Below are positions 25,077 through 38,083 of a stretch of DNA of 64,000 nt, one piece after another (positions within the stretch are counted from its first letter, which is position 1; each line of letters begins with the position of its first letter). The notes beneath the pieces are model-generated. The model did not search any database. It saw only the letters and a program-made list of their open reading frames with translations, and was not told the origin of the DNA. Source of the DNA: Trichodelitschia bisporula (lineage: Eukaryota). The position numbers were made by a program, and so were the translations under genes. The stretch covers positions 248,001 through 312,000 of the forward strand of contig ML996688.1 of NCBI GenBank assembly GCA_010356995.1. The letters are read 5' to 3'.

Positions 25077-26677
25077 ATGGACCCCGACGCCGCTAACCTC
25101 GCCTCAATGGGCTACACCCCCACCCTCCGCCGCCACTTCTCCCTCCCCTCCATCCTGGGCCTCAGCTTCTCGCTCACAAACTCCTGGTACGGGATCAGCG
25201 CCGCCCTCGCCACGGGCATAAACTCCGGCGGGCCCGTCCTGCTCACCTACGGCATCGTCCTCGTAGCCCTGGTGTCCGTGTGCGTCGGCGTCTCGCTCGC
25301 CGAGCTGGCGAGTGCGATGCCGAATGCCGGCGGGCAGTATTTTTGGGCGTCTGAGCTGGCGCCCCGAAGGTGGGCGAGGGGGGTGAGTTATGCGGTGGGG
25401 TGGTGTGCGTGTGCCGGGGCGGTGTTTACGAGTGCAAGTGTGGCGTTGGCGAGTGGGAGTGCGTTGGTGGGGTGTTGGGCGTTGGGGAGGGTGGAGTTGT
25501 GAGTCCTGGGTCGTCGGGGCGGTTTCAGCCTTGCTGACTCGTGAAAGTCTGATCAGGCCGTGGCATGTGTTCCTGGGGTATCAGGTTGTGAACTTCGCTT
25601 GCTTTTGGATAAACTGCTGGGGACGGCTTCTGCCGCGCGCGGCGCAGGTCTCGCTTGCGATATCGCTCCTCTCGTTTCTGGTTATCCTGATCACGGTCCC
25701 GAGTGTCGCGCCCCGCCACCAGTCTGCGAAGTTCGTCTTCGCGACTTTCATCAACAACACCGGGTGGCGCAGCGACGGTCTCGCGTACATCGTCGGGCTC
25801 GTGAACACGAACTGGGCCTTCGCATGTCTAGACGCCGCAACGCATCTCGCCGAGGAAGTCCATGCGCCAGAGCGGATGGTGCCCATCGCCATCCTCAGCA
25901 GCTTGGGCATCGGCTTTATCACAAGCTGGTTCTTCAGCATAGGGATGTTTTTCAGCATCCAGGACGATTTTAACTCAATTGTGAATACGCCTACGGGGCT
26001 GCCTATTCTTGAGCTTTTCTACCGCGCGCTGGGATCGCGCGCCGGTGCGATTTGCCTGGAAATGTTGGTCGTTTTGACTGGGCTTGGGTGCCTGGTTGCG
26101 TGCCATACGTGGCAGAGTAGGTTGGTTTGGTCGTTTGCGCGGGATAGGGGCGTGCCTGGGCATCGATGGTTGAGTAGCGTCGACGAGCGGGCTGGTGTGC
26201 CGGTGTGGGCGCATGTAGCCAGCTGTACGCTCGTTGCTGTTGTGGGTTGTGTGTATCTAGGAAGTTCGACAGCATTGAATAGGTATTTATTCCTCTCTCC
26301 CCATTCTTCCTCAGTGGTGTCTGAGATGGCTAACCCCTGCTATCAGTCTTGTAACCGCCTGCATTGTCCTGCTCTACACATCCTATTCCATCCCGGTCAT
26401 CTGCCTCTTGCTACGCGGACGCGCCAATATTTCTCACGGCCCGTTCTGGCTCGGCAGGGTTGGATTCGTGTGCAATTGCGTCTTGCTCGCGTGGACGCTT
26501 TTCACTATCGTCATGTATAGCTTCCCCTTCAAGAGGCCGGTGCACCCAGGAAACATGAATTACGTGGCGGCAGTGTATGTGGGGCTCATAGCTGTCGTGG
26601 CAGTGGACTGGGTACTTAGAGGAAAGAGCGAGTATCGTGGGTGCGAAGGGCGCAAGGTGCCGGAGCAAGTGCGATAG
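25077..26677 (+). CDS. APC-family amino acid/choline permease (Hnm1-like), 3 exons; start uncertain
   Basis: LRRHFSLPSILGLSFSLTNSW, GGPVLLTYG, ELASAMPNAGGQYFW, DAATHLAEE, WQSRLVWSFARDRG, NMNYV; introns ~25499-25549 and ~26283-26346. Confidence 0.9.
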
Positions 26678-26958
26678 AGGTACGGCCCCGACTTCCTTCT
26701 TTGTCGCCTTCTCCGTGGTACTTGCTACCTCTCCCGGTCGCACTGTCTTTCAAATTGTGTAACTGCCTACTCGTCGGCCGAGAGGGTTGCTAAATACCTG
26801 ATCTTGCACCTCGTTTTCTGTCTTCGCTTGCAATCGCTACCACAGTTCACACCCACAATCACCGACTGTTCAATTCGCAAGGTCAGTTCCTCATTCGTCA
26901 CCACCACCACCATCGCACTTCCAAACTTACTGACCCACCAGCGTCATCAAGTGTCGAA

Positions 26959-27563
26959 ATGATGGCCATGATGAAGTGCCTCGCCTTCCTCGTCTTCCCT
27001 GCGTTCGCTGTGGGCGACGCGGTCGACGCAGGCAACGCTGCCTACCACGTTTTCTCGCTCAACCTCGATCAGCAGGGGACCACCAGCAATCCCTTCCCGA
27101 AACCGTGGACGCCTGTTCCCGTAGTCCATCCCAATCCTACTCTAAAGCCATGGACGCCTAATCCCAAGGTCCATCCTAATCCCTCTCTGAAGCCGTGGAC
27201 ACCGATTCCTTCCGTCACTCCCTACACGACGTGGCTGACGCCTGCTACACTGGTCCCTCGCGCTAACCCCACACGCGCTGAGCTCCCCGCGAAGTGCGAA
27301 GACTCGTTGTACTTTAGCTGCGAGAAGATGTTCAGGGACTGCCTCAGCGTACGTGTCTCTTTCTTCACGAATGCTACTTACTCAGCTAACCAACCCGACA
27401 GCACTGGGACACGAACATGGCAGGCTGCTCGTGGGACTACTGCATTGCCTTGGTCTGCGCGGATGCAAAGTGTAATCCTCAGCCTCAGGGGTGCTGGTTG
27501 GGATGCTTCCAGACGAGCCAGTTGCCGCCGCGGGAGCTGCAGCCAGGGTGCTCGGTGCCGTAG
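26959..27563 (+). CDS. Small secreted protein (~183 aa) with Pro-rich 15-aa repeats and a 10-Cys C-terminal domain
   Basis: Hydrophobic signal-like N-terminus; KPWTP x3. Intron 27349-27401 (GTACGT...GCTAAC...CAG) joins KCEDSLYFSCEKMFRDCLS to HWDTNMAGCSWDYCIALVCADAKCNPQPQGCWLGCFQTSQLPPRELQPGCSVP*. Confidence 0.8.
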
Positions 27564-27849
27564 GATACTATTTACTGGGACGGAGAAGCAATTATGGCCT
27601 TCCGGCCATGTCTATCTAGACAGTGTCAGTGCTTGATCTGTTTGTTAATGGACGTCGTTTTCGTGCTCGATCTCACAAACGTCCAATGGTGTTCAAACGC
27701 TCAAGCCTTGTGTATCACCATTACCATGCCCGAACTGATTCTCCGATACGTCATATCCGTGCATGTTAAAAGCACCTTCCAAGTACAGCGCCTTCACCAA
27801 CTTCAAGTGCCAGGCTAGGATGCACTTGCCGCGACTGGAGCCTCTTTCC

Positions 27850-29570
27850 TACGTTACCAGGATCTGAACCATCGTTCTCGGTGCGTACTGCTGGATGAAG
27901 GAGGTGCGACTCGTTCTCAGAGGTAGCCACGACCCGCCCCCGGAGGTAGTCACGACTCGCCCCCGATGTCGGTCATGGGCCTGTGCTGTCGGGTATAAAT
28001 ATGGGAGCCACGGCGCTCCACAACCCTTTTCATCTTTCGTTTACTACGTCCACTTCATCACCCCGTCATCACCTCAACATCACTCAAGACATCATTCAAC
28101 TTTTTCATGTTGGAGCCGAGGACCTGACGGCATGGCTTGCTGAGCTCCGCAACCTCCGTTCACTGGGGGTTGCGAACGGCAACTCCTTAGGGAGCGAGGG
28201 GGCAATCTGCCAAAGCATTCCGAAGCTCGAGGAATTGATCAAACACCATTAAATCTCTAATCTCGACATGACGCTGCCTTGTTCCTCCAGAAGAACGCGG
28301 GAACGCGAGCTTGCCGTCCAATCAAATGTGAGGTAAAGTGCATCCGTCAATCGGTCTTGTGCTAATATGCTGATGGAAGGGCTGCATAGGGGTACGACTC
28401 GGCACTGGACTGGATTTGCTCCAAGGCGGGCTTCGCCTCCAGTGGAGTTGCTCAAGCACGTTCGCCAGCATATAGGCAATTTGCACAGCGCCCTTCACCA
28501 CTGGCGTCCGCGAGGCTGTCGGGTCACTTTCTCCCCACTTTCTCGGCACGACCACTGAGGTCTTCCCTATCCCGCTTGGACGGAGCGCGCCGGACGCAGT
28601 TCCCACCACCTCTCATCCTCGCCGGGGAGACGAACGCACCTTCGACATGCACGCACTAGTCCAAAAGGCCACAAAGATTTGGCTAGGAAGGCACCCGCAC
28701 GAGGAAGAGGAGGCAAGAAAAAGGCAGTAGAGCGCATTGTGGAGGTATTTCCAGACGTCGAGTACAAATTCGACGAGCTGCTGCGTTGTTCCCGCAGTTC
28801 AACATGACTCCGGACTACATATGCTTGTTCCGGTTCGTAAGACTCAGGGATCTCATCTTGGCTGTTTGACCTCAGCTCTTCATCTCTTCACCAGCACATT
28901 CTCCTCTCTTTCAAAGCAACCCAAATTTCCTCTACCTCAGCTCACAAAGTCATCGTGATCGGCTCGCCCAAGCGGTCTGGCGCAGATCCCCAAGAGGACT
29001 TCCAGCCTTGCAACGTAAAGGAGCTAGAGGACAGGGTCACTTTTTTTGAGGGCACACCGGAGCCCCAGCCACGTGGATGAGATTCATCAACAGCGTCTGA
29101 CGGCAGGAAGCCGGCGGCGTATTCGGCGGGTTCGCGAACGTCTTTTTTTGTAGAAATATAGCCCTCGACGAGCTCTATCTGGAAGCGTGGCTCAAGGCAT
29201 TACAAGGTCATGGATGGGGAGTTCCGGAGCTATCATCCCCGATCGGGATTCCAGATTCACCAGTGCTTTCTGGACCGGACTTTTCAAGGCATTGGGGAGG
29301 AAACTTCAAATGGGAACCGCTTATCATGCTCAAAGCGATGGCCAAAGCGAAGTGACCAACAAATGGCGTCGAGCTTCCTTCCGACCGGCTTGTCTACTGT
29401 ATTACAGTACGACAGTTTTCATTCTCGGTAGTTGAAGTGTACTTCACCACGGATTGTGGAAATGGCCATCCGCCACCTGGTCACCACAAGTAAGGAAGCC
29501 ACATGGTCGCTTTACCTTCCATCCATCCAAGGCAGCTGCAACGTCATCGATATCTCGGGCGCCTTGATGG
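27850..29570 (+). mobile_element. Degenerate Ty3/Gypsy LTR retrotransposon remnant (integrase core; possible LTR/gag remnants upstream)
   Basis: 29229-29363 encodes AIIPDRDSRFTSAFWTGLFKALGRKLQMGTAYHAQSDGQSEVTNK, continuing IVEMAIRHLV...WSLYLPSIQGSCN at 29453. An upstream ~24-bp duplication (gaggtag.cacgac.cgccccc) plus TATAAAT at ~27994 is LTR-like. Boundaries are approximate. Confidence 0.75.
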
Positions 29571-30396
29571 GCTCCCAAGGCTCAAATTGGTCTACCGAAG
29601 ATCCGGAGCCCCTCGCCCGGAGGACAAAGTCAGAGCAAGCGACGGTACGAGTCGCTGATGGCTTCATTTCGATTTGGTCAACCAGACCTTGGGCTTCAGG
29701 AAGTGGGAGGGAGGAGGGTATGAACCACCGTAAACATTGTAGTCTAGCTTTCCTCTCTTCGTCCCTTTCAGAGAATCGAGTTTGTCTTTTTGTTTTGTCT
29801 TTGACTCACGTCACCAGCGTCGGCAGACGCACCAGCTTTCTAGATATTACTGAGAGGAGCAACGCAGGGAAACTGGCGGCGGCTGAAGTGAGGATTACTA
29901 TCCTAGAGGCAGTATTAGGCGCAGCTCGAACAACGAATGTAGACTTATTGCACCCCTCAAGATGTCGGATGACGATAAGATCGTTCACTTTCTTTCCGAC
30001 TTTGCGTCAGTCGTTGTCATCAGACACACCATCCCAAAGTTTGTGACCCCCATCCGTGTGCTTTGACCACCGGGTTGGAAAAGGAGGGGCCAAAAGACCC
30101 AGGAAAAAGGGTAAAATGATAATCTGCTGTCATTTGAAGCGTGTGCTGTTGAGCTGTTGTTGTAAGAGCTAGAAAACAATCCGCAGAACCAAGCTTCATG
30201 TGAACGTCTTGAGTCACCCTCGCAACCGACGATCAACCCTACCACCGGCCTCGGCCTCCTAGCCCGGGAACCTCATCCGCCCCGCCTCCGCACGACGACA
30301 CCTCCACAACGCGCCTTATTCCCGCGGGCGGGCATGCCTTAAAGGTACAACATCCACAAACCACCACCTCACTTCACCTCGCATTCCTAGCTCATC

Positions 30397-31546
30397 ATGC
30401 TCCGCAGAACGCTCCTCCGCGCGCAATTGCGCGTCCAGACCCCCGCGCTCCTCCCCCGCCGTCATGAATCCACCACCTCCTTCTCACACCTGGAAAAAGA
30501 ACTCCCAGCCCGCCTCCACACCCTCCTCTACGACGACCTCGTTCCCCGGCCCTCGCACGTCCTCTCCGCCACCCTAGCCGGCTTCATCCCCAACTCCTGG
30601 CTGCCCCGCGACTACACCTCCGATACTCCCGACCCCACAACCGTTACCCCGCCTACACCCATTCCCTCCCAGTCTCTCCGCCTCCCCATAGCGCACCACC
30701 TCGCCTACTTCAACCCGGCCCTGCCCTTCCCCGTGCTCCTCCCCGACGGGACAGACCCGTCTCAGTCCCCCGGCGCCCCCTTCGTGAGAAGGATGTGGGC
30801 GGGCGGGCGCGTATATTTCGGACGGGAAGGACTGAAGCTTGATGGTAGCAGGGCGGTGTGTGTGGAGGGGATTAGGGATGTGCGTATTGCGGGCCCCGAG
30901 GGGGCGGAGAAGGTTTTTGTTGGGATTGAGAGGCGGATGACGAGGGTGGGCGATGGGGAGGGGGATGAGGAGGTTAGGGGTAGAGTGTGGGATGCGCTTG
31001 AGGGAGAGCGGGGGGTGGAGGTTGTGGAGAGGAGGAATATTGTGTTTATGCGTGAGCGGAGCGCGGAGGAGTTGGAGGCTTTGAAGCGGGGGGAGGCGCC
31101 GGTGGCGAAGGTGTTGAAGGGTACGCGTACCATTGACCAGTTCGTGAGACAAGGCTAACAATGATATAGCCACCAAGACGCCTACATTCACCCACACCCT
31201 AACCCCCACCGCCTCTCTCCTCTTCCGCTACTCTGCCCTAACCTTCAACGCCCACGCCATCCACCTGGACCCGCACTACTGCCGTACCGTCGAGGGACAC
31301 CGCGGGCTACTTTTCCACGGGCCCTTGAGCTTCACGCTTTTGGCGACGATGTTACAGGCGCAAGTTGCGGCGCACCCGCGCTGGAGGGGGATTGAGTGGA
31401 TTGAGTATCGCAATTTGGCGCCGCTTTATGCGGAGGAGGAGATGCGCTTGTGTGGTACTGAGGTTGGGGAAGAAGGCAAGTTTGAGGTGTGGGTGGAGGG
31501 GCCTAACGGGGGCGTGGCGGTTAGGGGGACGGCGAAGGTGTATTAG
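30397..31546 (+). CDS. Mitochondrial hot-dog-fold dehydratase (HTD2/mesaconyl-CoA hydratase-like)
   Basis: HHLAYFNP, LLPDGTD...PFVRRMWAGG, LLFRYSALTFNAHAIHLDP.YCR..EGHRGLLFHGPL, IEYRNLAPLY; intron ~31121-31169. Confidence 0.88.
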
Positions 31547-31600
31547 CATAGCGGTTGTTACATTTGTGAAGATGGAGTCTAGTGGGTTAGATAGGTGTAT

Positions 31601-33878
31601 CTACGCCTTGGTCTCCACGGCTGTGACTTCCTTCCCCGCGGCCTCCTTCCCTGCCTCGTTGATCCCCTGCGTTGCGCCTTCCACAACCTTAGGCACCGCG
31701 ATCTTCACCTTCTTCTTCCTCACAAACCCCTCCATCATCCCCCTCTGCCTCTCCCCATCATCATACACATCCCTCACCTTCTTAACCCTCGTCCTAACCC
31801 CACACTCTAACCTCTGCACCAATCGTTCCAGCGCGACCTTCGCCTCCGCGCGCCTCATATGCGTCGCACCCGGATCCTTAATCTGCACCACCAGGTACCG
31901 CAACACATTCACCAACCCATCTAGCTTATCATTGAACTCGGCTTCTTCCTTCGCACGCTCCTTAGTCTTCTCAGCGTCGTTAGGCTCCGGCGTCGGGGCC
32001 CCGCTGTCCTTGGCTAGGAACTCGAAGGTGTGGAAGCCGACGTCGATGGCTATGTCGAGCATGCCTACGGTTGCGCGGAGGGCCGCGTAGTCAGTGCGGG
32101 GGCTGATGATGTAGATTGGGTCTCTTTGCAAGTGCACGAAGACCTGGGCCACGAGCTTCGGGTTCGCCAAATCCGCGCTGAGGTCGCGGGGCGCATTCCT
32201 GGCAAATGCTAGCGCGAGTTGGCGTCTGAAGTGATGTGTGCGCGGTGTGGTGTGCGGAAGGGCACAGATCAGCCGATAGCGTAAGATGGGGGATGTGATA
32301 GAGGCCAGGAGCGTGGTTCCGATTTCGGTGAGCACGGCGGTGCTGTGCGCGGAGGGGATGGCTTGGATGAACGCGTTTTGCGCGGCGGCGATAGCGCGGC
32401 GCAGGGGGGCGTGGGTGGCGATGGAGTGGTCGATGCTTAGCCGACATAGGGCGTGGATTATGTGCGTGCGGCTGGTGGTGGGGAGGTTCGGGGCGAGGCG
32501 GCGGAAGAGGTCGATGAGCCAGATGAGGTTGATTGGGATGGTGCGTGCGGGCTGGTTGATGGGTTGGTCGGTTGGGATGGTGGGGGCGGTGGGAGTGAGG
32601 GCTGAGGGGAGGATGCCGAATTTGGCGAGGAGGGTTGAGAGGAGGTCTGGGGTGAGGTGCTTTGCGAAATGGGGGCCCGAGGCTTGAAGGGTTTTGATGT
32701 ACGGTGCAATTAGGTCTTCGTTTTGCTCGACGGTGACTGCGGCGGTTAGGGGACGCTGAAGAGGGATGGAAGCGCTTACTTCGGTCTAGTATCCAGAGCA
32801 GGAGTGGAGTTGGGAGCTCGATCTTGGACGCTATGCGTTGGACGAACCCGGTCTGAAAGGCGATATGTCGTCTTTGAGGATCTAGGACGATGAGCATGGT
32901 TCTTCGAATAGGAAAACGACGTACCGGCCATCAGAGCAGCCAGAGATCTGTTCTCGACCAAGGTACCCTTCGGGAAATAGGGCGCAGAAGGATCGGGTGC
33001 ATCTTGAAAGATATTGAACACCTTCTCCATCTCCAACGCCTCAGTCCTCGCCAGCGCATCAGTAACCCGCTTCCCCATCCCTTGATTCTCCGAATCACTC
33101 CCCTCAACGATGGTAGTAAGAAGGCCCTCATCCATGCCACCCTCAGCATCCGGCTCAGGAGCACTGGCGATCAACTCCTTCGTCTTCGCAATCCTCACCT
33201 CCACCTCCCTCTGCTCCTTCGTATCCTGCACCAACCGAATCATATCAAACTTATACGTCTTCGGCTCCCGCGCCTTGGAAGCCTTGGAGCCGAGTTTCCA
33301 TGACTGGCGCGTGCTCGATACGGATCTAGACAGTTTCCTATCTGCAAAAGGATTAGCCCTGGCCTTTTCTTTCTCCTTCGCGGCCTTCTCGTCGTCCTCG
33401 CGGTGAATAAGCACGATCAGATCCTCCAAACTCGTATCCGACCCCTCCTCGCTGTCGGACGGCGGAACGACCTCTTCCCCGTTCTTGATCACCCGCCGAC
33501 TGCCGCTGCTGTGGAAGGACGAGAAGAGGGGCTCGAAGGGTTTGATGGGATCCGAGTCCCCCATACCGTCATACTGGTTTCTGTTCGAAGTCCGGCGAGT
33601 AGGTAACGGCGACGAAATGGGTATCGTCGGGAGGCTGTTTGGAGGAGGTGGTGTAGGTCGTCGTGGGGGCGGCGGCTTCTTCCTTGCGTCTGCCACGTAA
33701 CTGTCAGCAGTCGTACAAGCGCTCGGTTGTAGATGAGCACACCTATGGCAACGGCAACTACTCGCTCGGTTCGCGTTTGCGGATCTGAACGGGGCTTTGT
33801 CGATCTTGGTGCTGGAGTGGGGGGTGTGCTGGAGGGCGCTTTGAAAAAGTCTTTGATGCTGCGATTCGGGCGGGACAT
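31601..33878 (-). CDS. Uncharacterised fungal protein (4 exons), possibly Nse6/SLF2(CANIN)-like
   Basis: Start MSRPNRSIKDFF; three GT-AG introns restore one frame; low-complexity N-half then a helical domain (LPTPLLLWILDR, LCRLSID, IKDPGATHMRRAEAKVALERL). The family assignment is tentative. Confidence 0.7.
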
Positions 33879-33921
33879 GGCAACGGACGGTGGGGTAGAG
33901 TTAGGGACGAGGATAAGCGAG

Positions 33922-33931
33922 CGCGACGCGT
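33922..33931. promoter_or_regulatory. MCB-like element CGCGACGCGT upstream of the uncharacterised minus-strand gene
   Basis: ACGCGT at 33926-33931 with an adjacent CGCG, ~45 bp upstream of the ATG at 33878. Confidence 0.45.
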
Positions 33932-36900
33932 CAGTAGGTGTGGAGTGTTAACTGTGCGTGGTGGTGCGCGTGGTGCGCGTCATCTTGTGATCCTCTGTCC
34001 CCTGGCGTGGGCGGCTCACGGTACCCTCGGAATGGGGCTTTACCGGATTGAGCTTAGTGGAATGTGGCGAACCACAAACCAGACGGTAGGATAGGACGAC
34101 GACGCCCAGGCTGCTTGATCCCTAACCCACGCACTCAGGTGTGCCAGGTTACGGTTGTCCAAACTCCACACTCTGTGGCCTGGTTCCTTCAACCGTTTCT
34201 ATTCTTCTCTACGTGGTACTGGCGACTTCTTCCCGCAGCATCGGTTTTTATAATCACGACCGAGGATCTGTGAGGAGCAGCATAACGCAAGGAGCAAGGA
34301 TGATACCAACTACACCAATTATTCGGTGAAAGACCGGACCAAGTAGCTGATTGAAGACAGCAAGCAGTTAAATGCTATTCTACCAAGGTCCGCCGCACAG
34401 GCAATTGTCCAAGTCTTGGTGCGAGCCCACCTGAACTGATTTAATATCAGAGCAAAAAGGTCACGAGATGAAGGCTGTTAAGAAACCCTCGGAGCTGGAT
34501 AAGCACTCATCTGATGAGACAACAAGTACAGGGCGAGCGAAGAGAGAGCCGTTCGGTGTGGAGTAGAACCTATTCAGCGGCCAGGCTCGAGGGACGACCA
34601 GAAAACATATGGGTCAACCGTTACTTACCTTCAGTGGGCCATTCTAGCCCGTCTTTGGATCGTCCAATTGATCGCCCTGCTTCTCCACAGCACGCTGTAC
34701 ATCGCGATTGATGCTTTCGATATTGGACATCAGCCTGCGTCAACTGGACGGTCCTTCTAGGCACCGTAGGCCGAACCAAGGCTCCACCATTCGATTATGT
34801 CGGAGATGGGCTCGATCAGTTGCAATGATGTCCATGACGGTCTTCCAGCTAGCGTGGGGTGATGGCCAACCATGTGCTCATGCGGGCTGAAGTCGCAATA
34901 TTGCAAGCCACGAGACTCGGATCCTGGATGCCATCCTTGGCCCAGAACCGAAGAATCTGACGCCTGGAAGCCTTTGCGGAGGCGACTACAACAAGGTAAA
35001 TATATTGAAGATCGAGCATATCGCTTCAGTAACCACTACGGATCCATGAGAAGTTGCCAGATGCTGAATGCCGACTGCTCCGATGAATCCGCGAACTACA
35101 TGAAGTATTCATTGTACCAGGACGGTCGCGCTGGCAGTGAACGGCGATCCAACGCATCCTGCTGCGTCCGAGGGCGATAACAGTCCGATCAGGCATATTT
35201 GAAGCTCTACGATAGTTAACGGGGTCGTCAGAGTTGCAAAGACAGGAGCGCGTTCGGTTGTTGATACCCGTTGCGCTAGGCCAGGGAACGGCTTCTTGGC
35301 CCTCCTTCTCGGCCCAGGAAACATCTCCTCGTCTCATATGAACGTCACAGGCCATCTAGCGGTCTCGACTCCAACGGAAATCAGTCTTGAGAAGCCTTAT
35401 GATGCGATAAAAGTCCGGACTTTCCCCAGAAATGCTCCAACTTTCAAGTGGCGAGGGGTCTCGACCTCCGACTCTTTTCCGCAGGCCACTCACAGACCCA
35501 ACCACATCCTACTCCGCGGAAGGAACGTGAAGAGGCTCTGCGCAGTAAAGAGAACAAGCTCTATGAAACATCCCGGAATCCGGTACTGTTTTGTTCAGAG
35601 GTCCTGGCCCATATGAGGGCATTTGTACCCTTCCAAGACCGAGTGACAGTTGCCTCGCGCAGAAACGTCCTTCGCAACGTGAAACCCAGCCCTGCCAGAA
35701 TGGGGGCGAGAGTCAAGCGTGCAGGCGCGACCGACTCCGCGAAACGTGGTCGGCGAATTGGTTTGCACGAAATTTTGAGGCTTGGTTGGCGTCTTGAACG
35801 ACTGTACCTTCGAAATGTCACAAGTCCGTGGGCCATTGCTGCCGTCTGACGACAGCTGCGCAGTCGAAGATCACTGCTATATGATGAGAGCATCGGCATA
35901 AGCTACTGTAGCTATCGCACATGCATGGCCATGCTTACGTGCGCCGTTAAGGCTGCCAGGACCGGTGCACGCGCGAATTAGCAGGATGAGGAACGACCAG
36001 TAGGAAACGGTTCTGGGGCAAGTCGAACAAGGTCTCAAGTCACCGCTGCGGCAACTTAGCGGAAACGCTGCATGCATTCCGCGAACGGGTCGATGAGGTA
36101 CTTCGTAGTGAGTAGATGTGTCCTCACAGCCCTCGCCAATGCCATGCCCAGCGTGAGGGAGAAACAACCATTCCAAGACGACCGTTTGGAGCGCGCAGAA
36201 GTGCGCGCAGGGCGCAAGGGGAAATATAGCGATGGCTGGAAAAGAGGCATGACTTCGAGAATTCTTGGGCTTTGGTGGAATCGGGACAGATTTCTTAGCG
36301 GAGCTCGAGGCGGGGCCAGGGTAAAGCCCCTTCAGCGGACCGGATTCGCTTCAGCGGCTTCTAGCTTCTCGGGGCCGTGGTGGATCCGAGATCCGTCATC
36401 ATTTGCGCGCCTGGCGCAGCTTCGATACGATAGGCTGGGAGGCTGAAGTGCTAAGCAGTCAGCCTGTGCCACCTCGTCGTGTCCTCATCACTCAGCACCA
36501 GCGCGTCCAGCTCTCGGTATCGGTGATAGTTCTGGCGCGATGTTGTACAAGGGAACTATGCGCATCATCACGACGACCCCTCCTTCAACCCCCAACGAGA
36601 AGTCGAAAATGGGTAACGAGATTGCGGGAAAAGTCGTATAGATAAATGGATGGGATATGAGGCTAGAAGCCAAGGGATAGACTATGTCAAATTAGGCCGA
36701 GAGCACAGGTGTTCAACTCTCAAGTTACAGCCGCTAGGGGAGCTCGATCTCGGTGTTCAATGTGCAATCGTAAATTGAAGTTGCAAGCTCCGTTGCAACT
36801 TGCAACAACACAACAACTGCCCCGCTCGCAGGCAGTCGCCTGATTTGCCCTATCCCATTTGATATGCTCAGTAATATGCTATGACGAACATCCATACTCT

Positions 36901-38083
36901 TTCGCCATCGGCATCATTATCCACAGCCGCAATTGCTTACTTCATCCATCATCCGCAGCCCGTACTCGGAGCGTCCGCTTCGCTTCGTGTGTGTTGACGG
37001 TGCAGGCCGGTCAAAGAGTTGCCGGACGAGTTATTGAGATATCTCCGGGGTCCGAGCACCACTAGGAGACAGTTTACTGCGCAGTCAGCCATCAGCCAGC
37101 CAGCCAGGCCCGACAGGAGTCAGTAGTTTCTCTTCCCTTTTCTCCACCAAAAACCCCCTTCACAAGTCGTAAGTCTTCCAACCGGCACCAACCCACGCCG
37201 ACACCATCACCACCGGCATCGCCCACCTCCCCATCCCACGTACCCCCGTTAGTCTCTCCGCGCCGCTTCCACACATCCCCCTCCCTACACCCCCCCCAGT
37301 CCCCCGAAAAGGTGTCGAGTGGCTGGCAAAAGCGGCATTGGTCAGCCCGCTGGCATCCGCCTGCCGAACCCTCTTTTTTCACAACTTTTGGGGGCATTTC
37401 CACTTCCCCGTGTTGCGCATTGCATTTCGCCTCAAGGCTCCAGTCGGGCTCGTGTCGTCGTCGTGGCTCATCCCTCATCCTCCCCATCCCTCAAGTCCCC
37501 TACGTAGGTAGTCGCCCACATCCCATACTACTTGCACCGTCCCTTTCATACACTCAACCCCCCCAAGGCGCGCCCCCCTCCACGCCCAAGGGCCCCCTCC
37601 CCTCCCTCCTCCAAACTCTACTCGCCCAGAAACCCCCCCCAATCGCGCATCTGGCCCATACCTCCCTCCCCCAGCAACACTCATCCCACCCTAGGCCAAA
37701 CAACCAAACTAATCCTTTCACCTCTCTACCATAGGAATGGTACAATCTGAACTCACGACTTGTACTCTTACACCTACCTGTCTCCTCTACTAGCCCCTCG
37801 AAGCAAACGCCGCCCTGCATGCTAGCAACATCCGCGACACTGAAGGTCCTGTGCGAAACCCGCCGCAAAAGTCGACACCCTGCATCTGGCGCTATCCGGC
37901 CTAGCCGAATCGCTGTTCAACTCCGCGACCGACACCTCTCTCCCTCACCTCGACTTCTACTCCACTTATCGTAACATCCGATAACCTCGAATTGGTGACG
38001 ATCCGAACTCACGCGCCGAACCGCTTACGCTTTTTCGCGCGTCTGACCCGCTGGTCACTCTCCTGAAGGTCCGACACGTTGCG

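Noticed and set aside
34870..35850. EKPY-like and Cys-containing fragments suggesting a decayed C2H2 gene
   Set aside because: Requires frameshifts, and no complete C-x2-C...H-x3-H finger can be built.
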